A stretch of 64,000 bases of DNA from Planctomycetota bacterium. Lineage in GTDB: Bacteria > Planctomycetota > MHYJ01 > WSZJ01. A model generated the notes under the pieces. That model had not been told where the DNA came from. It saw only the letters and a list, made by a program, of their open reading frames with translations, and searched no databases. A program made the translations under genes and the position numbers. Numbering within the stretch: position 1 is the stretch's first letter; the number at the start of each line of letters is the position of its first letter. The stretch is from the NCBI GenBank assembly GCA_038060895.1, contig JBBTCT010000020.1, positions 48,506 through 112,505 on the forward strand, in the 5' to 3' direction. Shown one piece after another: positions 7,921-18,877 of this stretch.

Positions 7921-10900
7921 CTATTTCTTCATCCTCTCGACTTCGACGCCCTGCTGCCTGTTCCGCAGGTTCTTGTTGTAGTTGTCTTCCATCTCGTCGT
8001 TGGCCGACTTCAGCTCCTGGTCAAGCAGTTCCTTCTGCTGCTCGGACAGTTTCTTTGCAGCGGCCGGCATGTCGGCCTTGCGCCGCGCATCCTCGATCTG
8101 CCCGATCACGCTCGCGCCGCGATGCATGGCGACATGGCCGTCCTTCTCGGCGACGACGATCGCGAGGCCGCGCACGCCGGCGGTCTCCCAGATTCCGCGC
8201 AGGTCCGTCTTGTCGCTGGCGATCCTCTGGTCATCGGTTCCGAAGATCGTGACCTTGACGCTTTCCGCGAAGCCGCCGCTGGCCACGTCGGAGATGTTCA
8301 CGCGGACGTTGCCGTCGGATTCCTCCTGCACGGCCATGGAAAGGTTTGAGCGGAGGATGATGCCGGAAGCGAAGAAGTCGCCGGCCTTGACGCCGACGAG
8401 GTAGGCGCCGGGGTCCTTGAGGTCGAGCGTGAAGGTCTGCTTCTCACGGCGGCGGGCGTTGGGGTGGTCGAGCTTGAAGGTCTTTTCGAAGACGGGCTTG
8501 ATTCCGGCGACTTCGACCGTCGATGCGTCCACCAGGTTCTTGCGGCGAAGGGCGAGCATCGTGAGGTCCACCTTGTAGGCCCGGACGTGCGCTTCCGCCA
8601 CTCCCGCGTATTCGAGCTCGAGCTCGGCGGCCTTTGCCAGCGGGGCCAGGGTCACGTCCTTCACGGAGATCGCTTCACGCTCAAGGAATGCGATCGACCG
8701 CGCCGCGTCGGCGGACTTCGCCTTCACCTTCTTGTAGTTCTCCACCGCCTTGTCCATCTCGCCCTTCGCGTGGAAGATCTGCGCCTTCATCAGCACCGCC
8801 TGGGTCCGGATCACTCCGGGGCCCGGGTTCGCTTTCGCTCCGTAGTCGAACGTCTCCAGCTTGTCGCAGAGCGTGAGGGCCTCGGGGAACTTCTTCTGCG
8901 CGAACAGCGCGAACGCCTGCGTGTAGTCGAACGTGTCGATGAAGCGCGACTTGATGAAGCGCGCGGCGGCCAGCCGTGCGGCACCGTCGGCGAGGTCGAA
9001 CTTGCCGGCCTCGAGGTACGCGCTGCAGAGCGAGAGCATCGCCCGGTCGTTCTCCTCGTGCGCGGGGAACCAGGCGAGGACGTGCTCGAAGGCGGCCGCC
9101 GATTCGACCAGCAGCTCTTCGCGCGTCAGCGCCTTGTCGTTCTTCTCGGCGGTCGTCTTGTGCGACTTCGCCTTCGAATACAGCCGCTGGCCGAAGCCGA
9201 AGAGCATTTCGCGGTTGAGCGAGCTGTCGGGGTAATCGGAGAGGAGGGTCTTCATCCACGCGACCGAGTCTTTCATCCGTCCGAGGTCCTCGAGCGCGCC
9301 CGCGAGATTCGCCTCCTGCAGGAAGTACGCGTCGCACGCGCCGCTCGAGACCTGCATCGAGCGTTCGTGCTCGTTCACGGCGGCGTACGCCTTCGCGATC
9401 GCGCGGATCTTGTCGAACGGCACGACTTCGCCGGGGGCCTTTTCCTTCAGGACCTCGAAGTACTTCACGACGGTCTCGTTCTCGCCCAGCTCCACCGCGC
9501 TGTAACCCAGCATGCGGGCCGCGCTGGCGGCGACGGCGTCCAGGAGCGTGCCCTTTTCAAAAAGCGGAAGGAGCATGTCGCGGCATTCCTTCCACTTCTT
9601 CTTCTCGAACAGGATCGCGCCGGCTGTAGTTCTCTCGCCGTGTGTCCAGCTCCAACCGTCGCGGAAGGCCGCTCCGGGCGCAAGCACCTCGATCTCGGGA
9701 TAGGCGGCGGGCGCATCGGAGTAGGCCAGGAACGTCACTTCGACCTTCCGTTCCGCCTCGGCCTGCGGCGCCAGCAGGACGCGCAGGTCGGCCCTGCCGA
9801 ACTGGAGGCCGGTGTTGCGCGGCAGCTCCACGATGGAGTATTGGGTCGTCGGGCCGGTCACGGTGAGCTCGTACTTCACGCGGAACCAGCTCCCGGCGGC
9901 GACTTTCGACATCGACGGGTTTTCGACGGGCTCCTTGACCGTCGCGGCCACGGGCGTCGCTACCTTCCCCTCCACGATCGAGTGCGGCCATTCGGCGGTC
10001 CGCTTGACGGCGACCTTGACCGCAGGTTCGGGCACGACGCCGGTCTCCCTTGAGGCCATCGCATAGAAAGTCCCGGTTCCGGTCGGATCGACGACTCCGT
10101 CCGTCGCCGTCAATTCTCCAAATCCCTTCACGGACTGCCCGTCCACCTTGACTTCCGTTACGCCACCCTTGTCGGGAGTCGTCTGCATCGCGAGCGCGAG
10201 AGCCGCCCGCTCGAAGGCCGTCTTCGGCCGGCGCGCCAGAAGCCAGGCGCGGGACTTCGGCAGAAGTGCGTGCGCCGGATCGATCTCCGCCATCGCGAGG
10301 GCCGCAAGGGCGGTCGTGGCGTACGTCGTGTTCGCCGAATCCGCCTGCGCCACTGACGTCGCTTCCCAGTGGTCTTCCTTCGCTGCCTTCGCCAGCTTCT
10401 CCAGCGCCGACTTTGCTTCGTCCGTCTTCTCTGCCGCCTTCATCGCGAGCGCGACGCAGGCGAGCGCGCGGGGAGAGAGAGTGTCCACGCCGCGCCACAG
10501 CCGGAAGAGGAACCCGTACTCCGCGTGCTTGCCGCGGGAGAGCGCGAACAGGATGAGGGCCTTCGTGTCATCGGACGTCGCCTGCGCGAAGCGCTGCTTG
10601 AGCAGCGCCGGGTCGGGCTCGATGTCGAATTCCGCCGCCTTGGCCTCGGCCGCGGCGAGGTAGAGCAGGACCGGCCACGCCGCGTCGTTCACGGCGGCGT
10701 CGCCGAGCCCCTGCGCGCGAAGAGCTGCGAACTCCATCACCGCCAGTTTCGTCACGTCCGTCTTCTCGAAGCGGTGCCGCGCCAGCCTTGCGATGAGCCG
10801 GGTGGCGACGTCGGAAGCGCGGGTCAGGTCGTCTCTGCCTTCCGCGAGCGCCTCGAGGAGGGCCGCCGGAGACGTCGCGACGAAGATCCGCGTTTTCCCC

Positions 10901-13900
10901 TGGCCGTCGAGCTTGAGCTCCGTCTTCGCCGTGAAGGCGCCTCCTTTTTCGGCCACGACCGAGGGGCCCTTGGCACGCATGGCCACCGTCACATCCCGTT
11001 TCGCGCCGTCCACGCTGACGGAAGCGACAGGCGCCGCCGTCCAGTCGAGGTCCTTTTCGGCGGTGGAGCGCGCGGCAACCTTGACCTTCGTCTCGGTGCC
11101 ATTCAGGACGATCGACGCTTCGGCTTCGGCCGCGGACCAGTTGGTGAGGAGGACGACGGCGGACGTCTTCTCGCCTTCGACCGCGCTGTCCGGGAATCGA
11201 ACTTCAGCGAAGACGGAGGCGCGCACTTTCACCGTGGCCTCGGCGGTTGCGATCGCGTTCCCGCCATCGATCGACCACGCCTGGAGCTCGATGTCTTCGC
11301 GCCTGCCGGGAGCCTTGAACCGGAACGTCGCGATCCCGTCGGCTCCCGCTTCCGCAGAAACCCAGACGTACGGCACGGGTTGAGCAGAGGGAGAGTGGCC
11401 TGCGCCCGACGACCCTCCGCCGCGGGCGACGAGGTTCCTCTTGCCGCCCAGGCGGCCGCCGTAGCGCCCGCCGCCGCCACCGCCGCCGGCCACCTCCTCG
11501 GCATCCTCGTTGTGGTCCTTCTCGGACTGCTTCATCTTGTCGAGGTTGTTCTCGAGCATGACGCGCCGGCTCTGGCCGCGATCCAGCTGTTCCAGCCTCG
11601 CGAGCGCGTCAAGCAGTTGCGGGTCCACCTGCTGCGTCTGCCACGTGAACGCCGTCGCCACGGAGGAGTCCGCCGCGAAATACGCCCCGGGACGCATCGG
11701 GTTGAAAGCGCCAGTGTCGATTCCCGTCGTGATTTCCGCCGACGACAGCAGCCAGACCTCGCTGCCCGGCTTCGCCGTCACCTTCACCACGATCTCCTCG
11801 CCCGGCTTCACTTCCTTCTTCTCGGGCTCGATCTTCACTTCAGGCGCCTTCAGGGCAAAATCTCGCACGTCCGCGTGGAACTTCCCGCCCTGCATCATCA
11901 TCACCGTCACGCTGAAGTCGCGCGTCGTGGACGGCGGCGCGTTCAGCGTCACGGCGTTTTTTCCCTTCTCGAGCGTCACCGCCAGCACCTGCTCGACCTT
12001 CTCCCCTTCGATCGTCACGAACGCCAGTCCCTTTTCGAGGCGGGACAGCACCGTCAGTTCCACCGGCTTCCCGGGCTCAAACGTGTCCGCGCCGGAAAGA
12101 AGCCGCAGCTTGCGCTCTTCCTTGTCGTCCATCACCGCCACCGCCGTCTGGAGCCTCGTCGGCATCCCGTCGGCGTCCTTCGTCGTCACCGTGATCGTGT
12201 GCACGCCCGCGTCGTTGGCGCTCCACGCGAACTTCGCCTTGCCCTCCTTGTCGGTCGTGGCGTCGCCCTGGGCGACGGGGAAGCGCTGTCCGGCTTCGTT
12301 CGTGCGGACGACGGTCCAGCGGAACGCCGCGCTGAACGGCGTGTCGTCGGCTCTCTTCGCCGTGAAGGCGATCGTCTTGGGCTCGCCGGCGACGACCGGC
12401 TCGGTCACGCGCGACTCGTCGTCGAACGTGATCGCCGGCGTGCGGGGAAGCACCGGCACACGCAGGACGTCCGCGGCCCCTTCCGTGCTCAGCTGTACGA
12501 CCGCGAGGCCGTCGCGGAAAAAGCGGTCCGTGTCGCGGATCTGAATCGCGAGCGTCCCGTCGGCGGCCGTCATGGCGTCGCGCCACTCCAGATCCCCCGG
12601 CGCGAGAATCCGCACCCAGCGTCCGCCCAGCGGGCGGTTCCACTCGTCCCGCAGGATCGCCGTGATGTCCACGTTGTCTCCTACGAACTTCGGCGCATCG
12701 TCCGAGATGTATTCGAAATGCGGGAAGCGCCGCGCCGCGGCCGCGATCGAGACTTCCACCGCGCCGAGAAGCTTTTCCAGCGGCAGCGCCTTTTCAACGA
12801 CCGACACCGTCACATTTGAGTGCAGCCCTTTCGGCATCGTGAACGCCATCGCCGCCGTCCCGAACTTCGAGAGCGCGACGGTCGCTTCGTGGAACACGAT
12901 CCCCTGCCCGCTCACCGCGCGCAGGATGTAGTTCTTGTCCTTCGGCAGCAGGTACGCGCCGCCGTCGGCGTCGCGGACGACCAGCCGCACCTTCACCTCG
13001 TCCCCGTCGCCGTACAACGACCGGTCCGTCAGGATCAGCACCCGCGGCTCGCGCTTCGGCGCGATCGGAAGCGCGCCCATTGCCATGTCCCGGAACGCAA
13101 GGTGCCCGTTCGACTCGGCCAGAATCGAGAGGCTTGACGGCCGCATGTCGTCCTTCCACGTCTTCACGTGCTTCCCGTCCGCCGCCATCCGGACGTTGGC
13201 GTTCTCGACGCGTTCGCCCGTCCGCTGGTTCTGCACGACCACCGTCGCGCCGCTCCTGCCCGCGCGTGCGATCATCGCCAGGTCCGACACGATCACGATC
13301 GTCTTCGCTTCCTGCGTGCCGATCGAGGCGGACACGACGTACGCGCCCGGGTCCTTCTTCGGGAGTTCGACGTCGAGTTTCATCTCCTTGAAGCGCCTGT
13401 AGTCCTTCACCGGCACTTCCCATTCCTTGTCCGGGGCGATCACGGCAACTTCGAGCGAATCGAGCCCGGTCGTCGCGGCGCGCTTCTCGAAGTAGTCCTT
13501 GAGATCGAGTGTCCAGAAGCGGAATTTCACGGTCTCGACGTTGCGGACCGTGAGCTTCACCGCCGGCGTCTCGGCGCCCGTGAAGACTTTCTCGCTCGAG
13601 AGCGCGAGCGACTTGTTCTGCAGCGTCTGCAGGAACTGCTGCGCCTGCCCCTGGAAGTTTCCGCCGACCTTCGGCAGTTCCTTCATCGCCGTCTCGAAGT
13701 CGTCGAGCTCGCCCGCGTACGCCTTCGCGGCCTCAAACCGCGCCTGGTGCCCTTCGTTGTATCCCTGGAACTTCGTCGCGACCCGCATCCACGTCTCGAC
13801 CGCTTCCTTCCATTTCTTTTCTTCCGCAAACGTCTGCCCCACGCGGAACGCCATCGCCGCCGCGCGGCCGTCCGTCGGGTGAAGCGCCGCGAATTCTTCC

Positions 13901-15120
13901 GCCGCCGCGCGCGCCGCCGCCCAGTCCTTGCGCACGAACGCCCTGCCCGCCGCCTCGAACCTCACGTCCGCAATCGCCTGCCGCACCTCGGGCCAGCGCG
14001 GAGAATCGGGGAAGCGCTTCAGGAAGTCCTCGAACGTCGCGATCGCCTTCGCGTCGTCCATGTCCGCGCGCCAGAGCCACGCCACGCGCAGCAGCGCCTC
14101 GGGAGCGCGTTCGTCCTTTGCGTTGGCGTCTGCGAATGCCGTCAACTCCTTGCGCGCGTCGTCGCGAAGTTCTTCATATTGCGCCAGGGCGATCCCGGCC
14201 AGGTACCCCGCCTTCGGGCCCCAATCGCTCTTCGCGTAGTCCTTTGCGCAGCGCCGCAGAAGCGGCAGCGCCCGGCGCAGTTCCTCGATCGATCCCGTCT
14301 GCCCGGCCTCGTTCACATGCAGCAGCGCCGCCAGCCAGAGAGCTTCCGATGCCCGCGCCGACGCCGCGAACTCCGTCGGGATCCTCAACCACGCCGCCTT
14401 CGCGTCGAACGGCCGGCCGGTGTCGCGGAGGGCCGTGGCCTGCGCGAAGAGCGCCTCGTCGAGCTTTGCGGCCTTCGGGAACTTCTCGAAGAACTCCTTG
14501 CACGCCTTGAGAAGCTGCGCCCGGTCCATGTTCCCTTTCAGCTGGCACGTGATGACGTCGATCCGCACTCCCTCTTCGTCTGCGCCGAGCGCTTCCAGCT
14601 CCAGCGCCTTCGCCAGGAGATTCCGCGCCGCCTGGAAATTCGCGACGAACGTCGGGTCCTTCGCTTCCCTGGGATTCAGGAACTCGCGCCCGGCCTCGAC
14701 GTAGATCATCGCGATCTTCCTGCGCCGCTCCGGCGCCGTTACGGCCGCGACTTGCGCGTCGTAAATCTGTCCCGCCAGCGCGAATTCTTTCCTGGCCGCC
14801 AGCACGTCTCCCTTCTTGTACAGCGCCTTCATCCGGAACCCGCTAGCCGGGTAGTCCTTCACGAGGCGGTCGAGCGAAGCGATCGCTTCGTCGTTCTTCT
14901 TCGCGTTCTGCTGCGCCGTCGCGATGAGCAGCAGGATCTCGTCCTGACCGGACTTCGCTTCGCCGAGCGCCTGCGTCAGCAGCTGTTCCGCTTTCGCGTA
15001 ATCGCGATCCTTGAGCGCGGTTTCGCCCGCGGACCGCGCATCGGACGGCGGCGGGTCGGCGTTGACGAAGCAGATGGCGGCAAGCAGAACGGCGCAGAGA
15101 GCGAAGCGGCGCTGGCGCAT
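7921..15120 (-). CDS. Giant exported TPR plus alpha-2-macroglobulin (MG-domain)-like protein, about 2400 aa
   Basis: AGGAG SD and signal peptide from ATG 15120; BamD-like TPRs (DYPAS, FPDSPRW); MG motifs (IVSDLAMI, LTDRSLYGDGD, ALSKFG); C-terminal TPRs. Confidence 0.75.
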   Translation of the reverse strand: MRQRRFALCAVLLAAICFVNADPPPSDARSAGETALKDRDYAKAEQLLTQALGEAKSGQDEILLLIATAQQNAKKNDEAIASLDRLVKDYPASGFRMKALYKKGDVLAARKEFALAGQIYDAQVAAVTAPERRRKIAMIYVEAGREFLNPREAKDPTFVANFQAARNLLAKALELEALGADEEGVRIDVITCQLKGNMDRAQLLKACKEFFEKFPKAAKLDEALFAQATALRDTGRPFDAKAAWLRIPTEFAASARASEALWLAALLHVNEAGQTGSIEELRRALPLLRRCAKDYAKSDWGPKAGYLAGIALAQYEELRDDARKELTAFADANAKDERAPEALLRVAWLWRADMDDAKAIATFEDFLKRFPDSPRWPEVRQAIADVRFEAAGRAFVRKDWAAARAAAEEFAALHPTDGRAAAMAFRVGQTFAEEKKWKEAVETWMRVATKFQGYNEGHQARFEAAKAYAGELDDFETAMKELPKVGGNFQGQAQQFLQTLQNKSLALSSEKVFTGAETPAVKLTVRNVETVKFRFWTLDLKDYFEKRAATTGLDSLEVAVIAPDKEWEVPVKDYRRFKEMKLDVELPKKDPGAYVVSASIGTQEAKTIVIVSDLAMIARAGRSGATVVVQNQRTGERVENANVRMAADGKHVKTWKDDMRPSSLSILAESNGHLAFRDMAMGALPIAPKREPRVLILTDRSLYGDGDEVKVRLVVRDADGGAYLLPKDKNYILRAVSGQGIVFHEATVALSKFGTAAMAFTMPKGLHSNVTVSVVEKALPLEKLLGAVEVSIAAAARRFPHFEYISDDAPKFVGDNVDITAILRDEWNRPLGGRWVRILAPGDLEWRDAMTAADGTLAIQIRDTDRFFRDGLAVVQLSTEGAADVLRVPVLPRTPAITFDDESRVTEPVVAGEPKTIAFTAKRADDTPFSAAFRWTVVRTNEAGQRFPVAQGDATTDKEGKAKFAWSANDAGVHTITVTTKDADGMPTRLQTAVAVMDDKEERKLRLLSGADTFEPGKPVELTVLSRLEKGLAFVTIEGEKVEQVLAVTLEKGKNAVTLNAPPSTTRDFSVTVMMMQGGKFHADVRDFALKAPEVKIEPEKKEVKPGEEIVVKVTAKPGSEVWLLSSAEITTGIDTGAFNPMRPGAYFAADSSVATAFTWQTQQVDPQLLDALARLEQLDRGQSRRVMLENNLDKMKQSEKDHNEDAEEVAGGGGGGGRYGGRLGGKRNLVARGGGSSGAGHSPSAQPVPYVWVSAEAGADGIATFRFKAPGRREDIELQAWSIDGGNAIATAEATVKVRASVFAEVRFPDSAVEGEKTSAVVLLTNWSAAEAEASIVLNGTETKVKVAARSTAEKDLDWTAAPVASVSVDGAKRDVTVAMRAKGPSVVAEKGGAFTAKTELKLDGQGKTRIFVATSPAALLEALAEGRDDLTRASDVATRLIARLARHRFEKTDVTKLAVMEFAALRAQGLGDAAVNDAAWPVLLYLAAAEAKAAEFDIEPDPALLKQRFAQATSDDTKALILFALSRGKHAEYGFLFRLWRGVDTLSPRALACVALAMKAAEKTDEAKSALEKLAKAAKEDHWEATSVAQADSANTTYATTALAALAMAEIDPAHALLPKSRAWLLARRPKTAFERAALALAMQTTPDKGGVTEVKVDGQSVKGFGELTATDGVVDPTGTGTFYAMASRETGVVPEPAVKVAVKRTAEWPHSIVEGKVATPVAATVKEPVENPSMSKVAAGSWFRVKYELTVTGPTTQYSIVELPRNTGLQFGRADLRVLLAPQAEAERKVEVTFLAYSDAPAAYPEIEVLAPGAAFRDGWSWTHGERTTAGAILFEKKKWKECRDMLLPLFEKGTLLDAVAASAARMLGYSAVELGENETVVKYFEVLKEKAPGEVVPFDKIRAIAKAYAAVNEHERSMQVSSGACDAYFLQEANLAGALEDLGRMKDSVAWMKTLLSDYPDSSLNREMLFGFGQRLYSKAKSHKTTAEKNDKALTREELLVESAAAFEHVLAWFPAHEENDRAMLSLCSAYLEAGKFDLADGAARLAAARFIKSRFIDTFDYTQAFALFAQKKFPEALTLCDKLETFDYGAKANPGPGVIRTQAVLMKAQIFHAKGEMDKAVENYKKVKAKSADAARSIAFLEREAISVKDVTLAPLAKAAELELEYAGVAEAHVRAYKVDLTMLALRRKNLVDASTVEVAGIKPVFEKTFKLDHPNARRREKQTFTLDLKDPGAYLVGVKAGDFFASGIILRSNLSMAVQEESDGNVRVNISDVASGGFAESVKVTIFGTDDQRIASDKTDLRGIWETAGVRGLAIVVAEKDGHVAMHRGASVIGQIEDARRKADMPAAAKKLSEQQKELLDQELKSANDEMEDNYNKNLRNRQQGVEVERMKK

Positions 15121-15326
15121 GGCGAGGTCTCCTGTGTACACCGCCCCCGGAGTGCCCGGGGGCTGTGAATAAGACGTCTTTGGCGGGCGATTGGTTCGGA
15201 AGAGTTTCAGAACCCTGAACAAGGGCCGAACAGGATACACACCCGCACGAACGGATACACCGTCGGCACGAGATCCCCGGGCAAGAGATGCTGGATCAAG
15301 GAGGAAAAGCAATTCTCAAGCCGCGG

Positions 15327-17939
15327 TCAGACCCCGGTCGGGAGGCACAGCCGGAATCCGTAATTGCGGTAACAGGTCGTCGGGACGGTCCCCTGTCGCT
15401 CCTCGCATTTCGCCCACGTCGGCGAGTGATACCACGCACCGCCACGGATGCACCGGTAGTGACGGTAGGGCTTTTCGGGGGCGTTCCAGCACCAGGCCGA
15501 CATGTTGCCACTGAGATCACGCACCCCGTACGGCGAGACGTCGGATTCGAAGGCGCCGCAGCGGGCCAGGCGGCCGCCTTCGGCGTGGGAAACATTGGTG
15601 TTGGCGAATGTCCCGTCGTACTCGTGGCCCCAGGGGTACGTCCTCCCGTCGGTCCCACGGGCGGCCTTCTCGAATTCTTCTTCATGCAGCAGCCGGTAAA
15701 GCCGCCCGTCCCTCTTCGACTTCCAGGTCGCATACGCGACCGCGTCGAACCAGGAGACGCCCGCGACCGGAAACTCCGCGTCGCAGAGCAGACTCTCCCC
15801 CGAAACCCCCGCCGCGTAGCCGTCCCCCGACCTCTTCAGGTGGCGCGTTTCCTCCTCCCTCGGTTGCCGCCTCGCGGCCTCCTCTCCCTTGCCCTTCGCG
15901 CACAGGTCGTTCAGGAAATCGAGGTATTCGCGCACCGTGACGGGAAGCGCAGCGACGAAGAAGTCCCGGGTCCGCGCCGGGCGTTCCTTGGCGCCGCCGG
16001 AGTAAAGGAAGTCCCCGCCGGGAACGTACTGGAATCCGCCGGGAATCTCGTCCGCCCGGTAGAGCGTCACGACACACCCGGTCTCGCGACCCCGCTCGAT
16101 CAGAACCGGGACCGTCGCATCCGCGAAGCCGGGCGCGCGCACCACGCACCGCCAGGAACCGGGATGAAGTTCGAGGCCGCGGACAGGACACCCTTCGAGC
16201 CGCTCCGCGCCGTCCGTGACAAGACGCTTCTGCACTTCACGGTAAGGCGCGATGCCGACCTGGGCCCCTTCCACGTCCACGAATTCGCACGCCGGTCCAT
16301 GCCCGAATGACCCTCCACGCTGCGAAATCCGGGGCACCGTCACGTCGTCGTCCCGCGCCTCGCCCTCGACGGGACCGCCCTCCCGCCAGGGCACCGGCGT
16401 CTCGTCGGAAAACTCCACGTTCCACTCCCCGCCACGCACCGGCTCGAGACACCGGCACTTCAGCGCCCTCACCCGTACCGAAAGCCTCCCCGGCGCCTCC
16501 AGCTTCGCCCGGTACACCCCGTCCCGGTCGTGCCGCAGAACCGAGTCCCGCTGAAGCCGCGCTTCCGTCGCGTCCCGCCGCCGCTGCGCCGCCTCCAGCC
16601 GCTCCATGTGAAGCCCGGCCAGCGCGTTCGAAGCCGCGGCGCAGTCCGGGTCTTCGGCCAGCGCATGCTGGAACTGGCCAAGCGCCGCCGAAAACGCGTC
16701 CAGCCGTTCCTGCTGAAGCGCCTTCACTTTTTCCTGCGCTTCCCAGAGCGGAAGCTTGCGTTCGACGGCCTCGAACGGTTTGACCGTCTCGAAGAGCGCC
16801 TCGGCGCGTCCTTCCGCTCGCGCAAGGTCGGCGTCCAGCCGCTGGAGGCGCTCCGTTTGCTGCAGGCCGCGCTCTGCGAACTGAAGCGCTGCGTTCCTGC
16901 GGCGCGCCTTTTCGGCGGCGCCTTCGAGCCAGCGGTCGATGTCGCGGCCGAGCTCGGTGGCGCTCGCGTACCGCGCTGCCGGGTCCAGGGCCAGCGCCCT
17001 CATGCAGACGGCCTCCAGGTCCGCCGGCACGGGAGGCGGCTGCGCTCCCGGCCGCCGCCCCGTGGAGCGCGGCAATCCCGGCAATCCGACGAAGGTCGAG
17101 GGGGCGCGCACCGGCTCCGACGCCGCCCGGGACAGGATCTCGGAAGTCGATTCCCCGACGCGCGGCGGTCGCCAGGCGAGGATCTCGTAGAGAATCGCGC
17201 CGAGCGAGTACACGTCGCTGCGCTCGTCAATGTCATCGACCCGGCCGGCCGCCTGCTCGGGCGGCATGTACTCCGGCGTCCCGAACACGTCGCCGTCGAG
17301 AGTCAGGAGCGGGCCGGCCGACTCTCCACACCCGCTGCCCGCGGCCGTCTCCTTTTCATGCAGGTCTTTCGCAAGTCCCCAGTCCACGACGAGAACCTCT
17401 CCGAACTCGCCGAGCATCACGTTCGAAGGCTTGAGGTCGCGGTGAATCACGCCCTTCGAATGCGCATACGCGACCGCCCGGCAAGCGTCACGCAACGCCT
17501 CGACAAGCCTCCGCTGCGTCCACTCACCCGGCTTGCCGCGCCTCAGGTCTGCGATCACGTCCGCCATGTCGCGGCCCGTGATTCGTTTCATGGCGATGAA
17601 GACTTCCCCGGTTGCCGGAAGCGCCCCGACCTCGTGCACGGGGACGATGTTCGGGTGCTCGAGGCGCCCGGTGATGCGCCCCTCGCGGTGGAACCGTTCC
17701 ACGAAGTCCAGCGGTGCGCCCTCGAGCAGCAGCTTGAGCGCCACGGTGCGGCCGATCGGCGCATCCGCGGCCTCGACGACCCGGCCCAGCCCGCCGCGGC
17801 CGATTTCCTTCCCGAGGCGGTAGCGGTCCCGCTTCGACGCGCCCGTCTCCTTCCCCGCCGCGTCGCGGGTGGGCGGGTTCCGGACAGTTTTCGGAAGCGC
17901 GGTGCGCCGGGACTTTCCCTTGGATCGCTTCGAACTCAT
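15327..17939 (-). CDS. Ser/Thr kinase fused to coiled coil and FGE/SUMF1-like domain
   Basis: [34 protein letters not shown]; C-terminal [36 protein letters not shown]. Confidence 0.9.
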   Translation of the reverse strand: MSSKRSKGKSRRTALPKTVRNPPTRDAAGKETGASKRDRYRLGKEIGRGGLGRVVEAADAPIGRTVALKLLLEGAPLDFVERFHREGRITGRLEHPNIVPVHEVGALPATGEVFIAMKRITGRDMADVIADLRRGKPGEWTQRRLVEALRDACRAVAYAHSKGVIHRDLKPSNVMLGEFGEVLVVDWGLAKDLHEKETAAGSGCGESAGPLLTLDGDVFGTPEYMPPEQAAGRVDDIDERSDVYSLGAILYEILAWRPPRVGESTSEILSRAASEPVRAPSTFVGLPGLPRSTGRRPGAQPPPVPADLEAVCMRALALDPAARYASATELGRDIDRWLEGAAEKARRRNAALQFAERGLQQTERLQRLDADLARAEGRAEALFETVKPFEAVERKLPLWEAQEKVKALQQERLDAFSAALGQFQHALAEDPDCAAASNALAGLHMERLEAAQRRRDATEARLQRDSVLRHDRDGVYRAKLEAPGRLSVRVRALKCRCLEPVRGGEWNVEFSDETPVPWREGGPVEGEARDDDVTVPRISQRGGSFGHGPACEFVDVEGAQVGIAPYREVQKRLVTDGAERLEGCPVRGLELHPGSWRCVVRAPGFADATVPVLIERGRETGCVVTLYRADEIPGGFQYVPGGDFLYSGGAKERPARTRDFFVAALPVTVREYLDFLNDLCAKGKGEEAARRQPREEETRHLKRSGDGYAAGVSGESLLCDAEFPVAGVSWFDAVAYATWKSKRDGRLYRLLHEEEFEKAARGTDGRTYPWGHEYDGTFANTNVSHAEGGRLARCGAFESDVSPYGVRDLSGNMSAWCWNAPEKPYRHYRCIRGGAWYHSPTWAKCEERQGTVPTTCYRNYGFRLCLPTGV

Positions 17940-18006
17940 TCGTCCCTGAGCATACCGCCGCCGGGCCGCCTTGCTCCACCGCGCACGCTCTGCCAGAATC
18001 CGCGGC

Positions 18007-18681
18007 GTGAGCAAGCCCCGTCTGCTGCTGTCGTGGAGTTCCGGCAAGGACAGCGCGTGGAGCCTGCACGTCCTGAGGAGCGCCGGCGAATTCGAAGTGG
18101 TCGGCCTCGTCACGACGATTAATGCGGCCTTCGACCGGGTGGCGATGCACGCGGTGCGGCGCGAGCTGCTGGAAGCGCAGGCGGCCGCAGCGGGTCTGCC
18201 GCTCTGGCCCGTCCCGCTGCCATGGCCGTGTTCGAACGAGCAGTACGGGAAGCAGATGGGCGCCCTGGTCGCGAAGGCGCGGGACGCCGGGATCACCCAC
18301 ATGGCGTTCGGGGACCTTTTCCTCGAAGACATCCGCCGCTACCGCGAAGAGCAGCTCGCCGGAAGCGGCGTGACCCCCGTGTTCCCTCTCTGGGGCCGCC
18401 CGACGCGGCCGCTGGCCGCGGACATGATCGCGGGTGGCCTCAAGGCGGTGCTGACCTGCGTCGATCCGCGACGGCTCGACCGCCGCTTCGCAGGCAGGAC
18501 ATTCGACGCGGACCTTCTCGGCGAACTCCCCGCGACCGTCGACCCCTGCGGCGAGAACGGCGAGTTCCACACGTTCTGCTTCGCGGGACCGATGTTCCGC
18601 GCCCCGATCGCCGTGCGCGCAGGCGACGTCGTCGAGCGGGACGGCTTCTGCTTCGCCGATCTCCTCAAGCTGACCGATTGA
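18007..18681 (+). CDS. PP-loop adenine nucleotide alpha-hydrolase (diphthamide synthase/DUF71 family)
   Basis: [10 protein letters not shown]-loop, [19 protein letters not shown]; GTG start 18007. Confidence 0.85.
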   Translation: MSKPRLLLSWSSGKDSAWSLHVLRSAGEFEVVGLVTTINAAFDRVAMHAVRRELLEAQAAAAGLPLWPVPLPWPCSNEQYGKQMGALVAKARDAGITHMAFGDLFLEDIRRYREEQLAGSGVTPVFPLWGRPTRPLAADMIAGGLKAVLTCVDPRRLDRRFAGRTFDADLLGELPATVDPCGENGEFHTFCFAGPMFRAPIAVRAGDVVERDGFCFADLLKLTD

Positions 18682-18713
18682 CTTCAAGCATGGCAATGGC
18701 AAGTCGTTCTCCC

Positions 18714-18826
18714 AGAGCGCGAAGACAATCCCGCGGGTCGGGCGGAGTCGGCCCGCAATCGAAGTGCCTCCTGAGAACTGCCCCTGGGCCGACGCAGCCT
18801 GACCCGCGGGATTGTTTTCGCGCTCT
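18714..18826. repeat. Long inverted repeat, 41-bp arms with 4 mismatches (REP/MITE-like)
   Basis: agagcgcgaagacaatcccgcgggtcgggcggagtcggccc (18714-18754) pairs with gggccgacgcagcctgacccgcgggattgttttcgcgctct (18786-18826). Confidence 0.8.
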
Positions 18827-18877
18827 CAGCACTCCGCAATGGCCCCGCCCGGGGCTCTTCCCTAAGATGTCCGCCCC

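Noticed and set aside
10369-15168. Long plus-strand ORFs (816 aa, 666 aa) and similar antisense ORFs elsewhere, such as 44541-46631 and 53253-55577
   Set aside because: Shadow frames of real genes, expected at high GC; Arg/His/Pro-rich and without recognisable motifs
18682-18877. Cobalamin riboswitch upstream of the btuF-like gene (contains aactgcccc)
   Set aside because: No GGGAA...GGTG-AA-TCC core or B12 box; the region is explained by one long inverted repeat and a leaderless-type promoter
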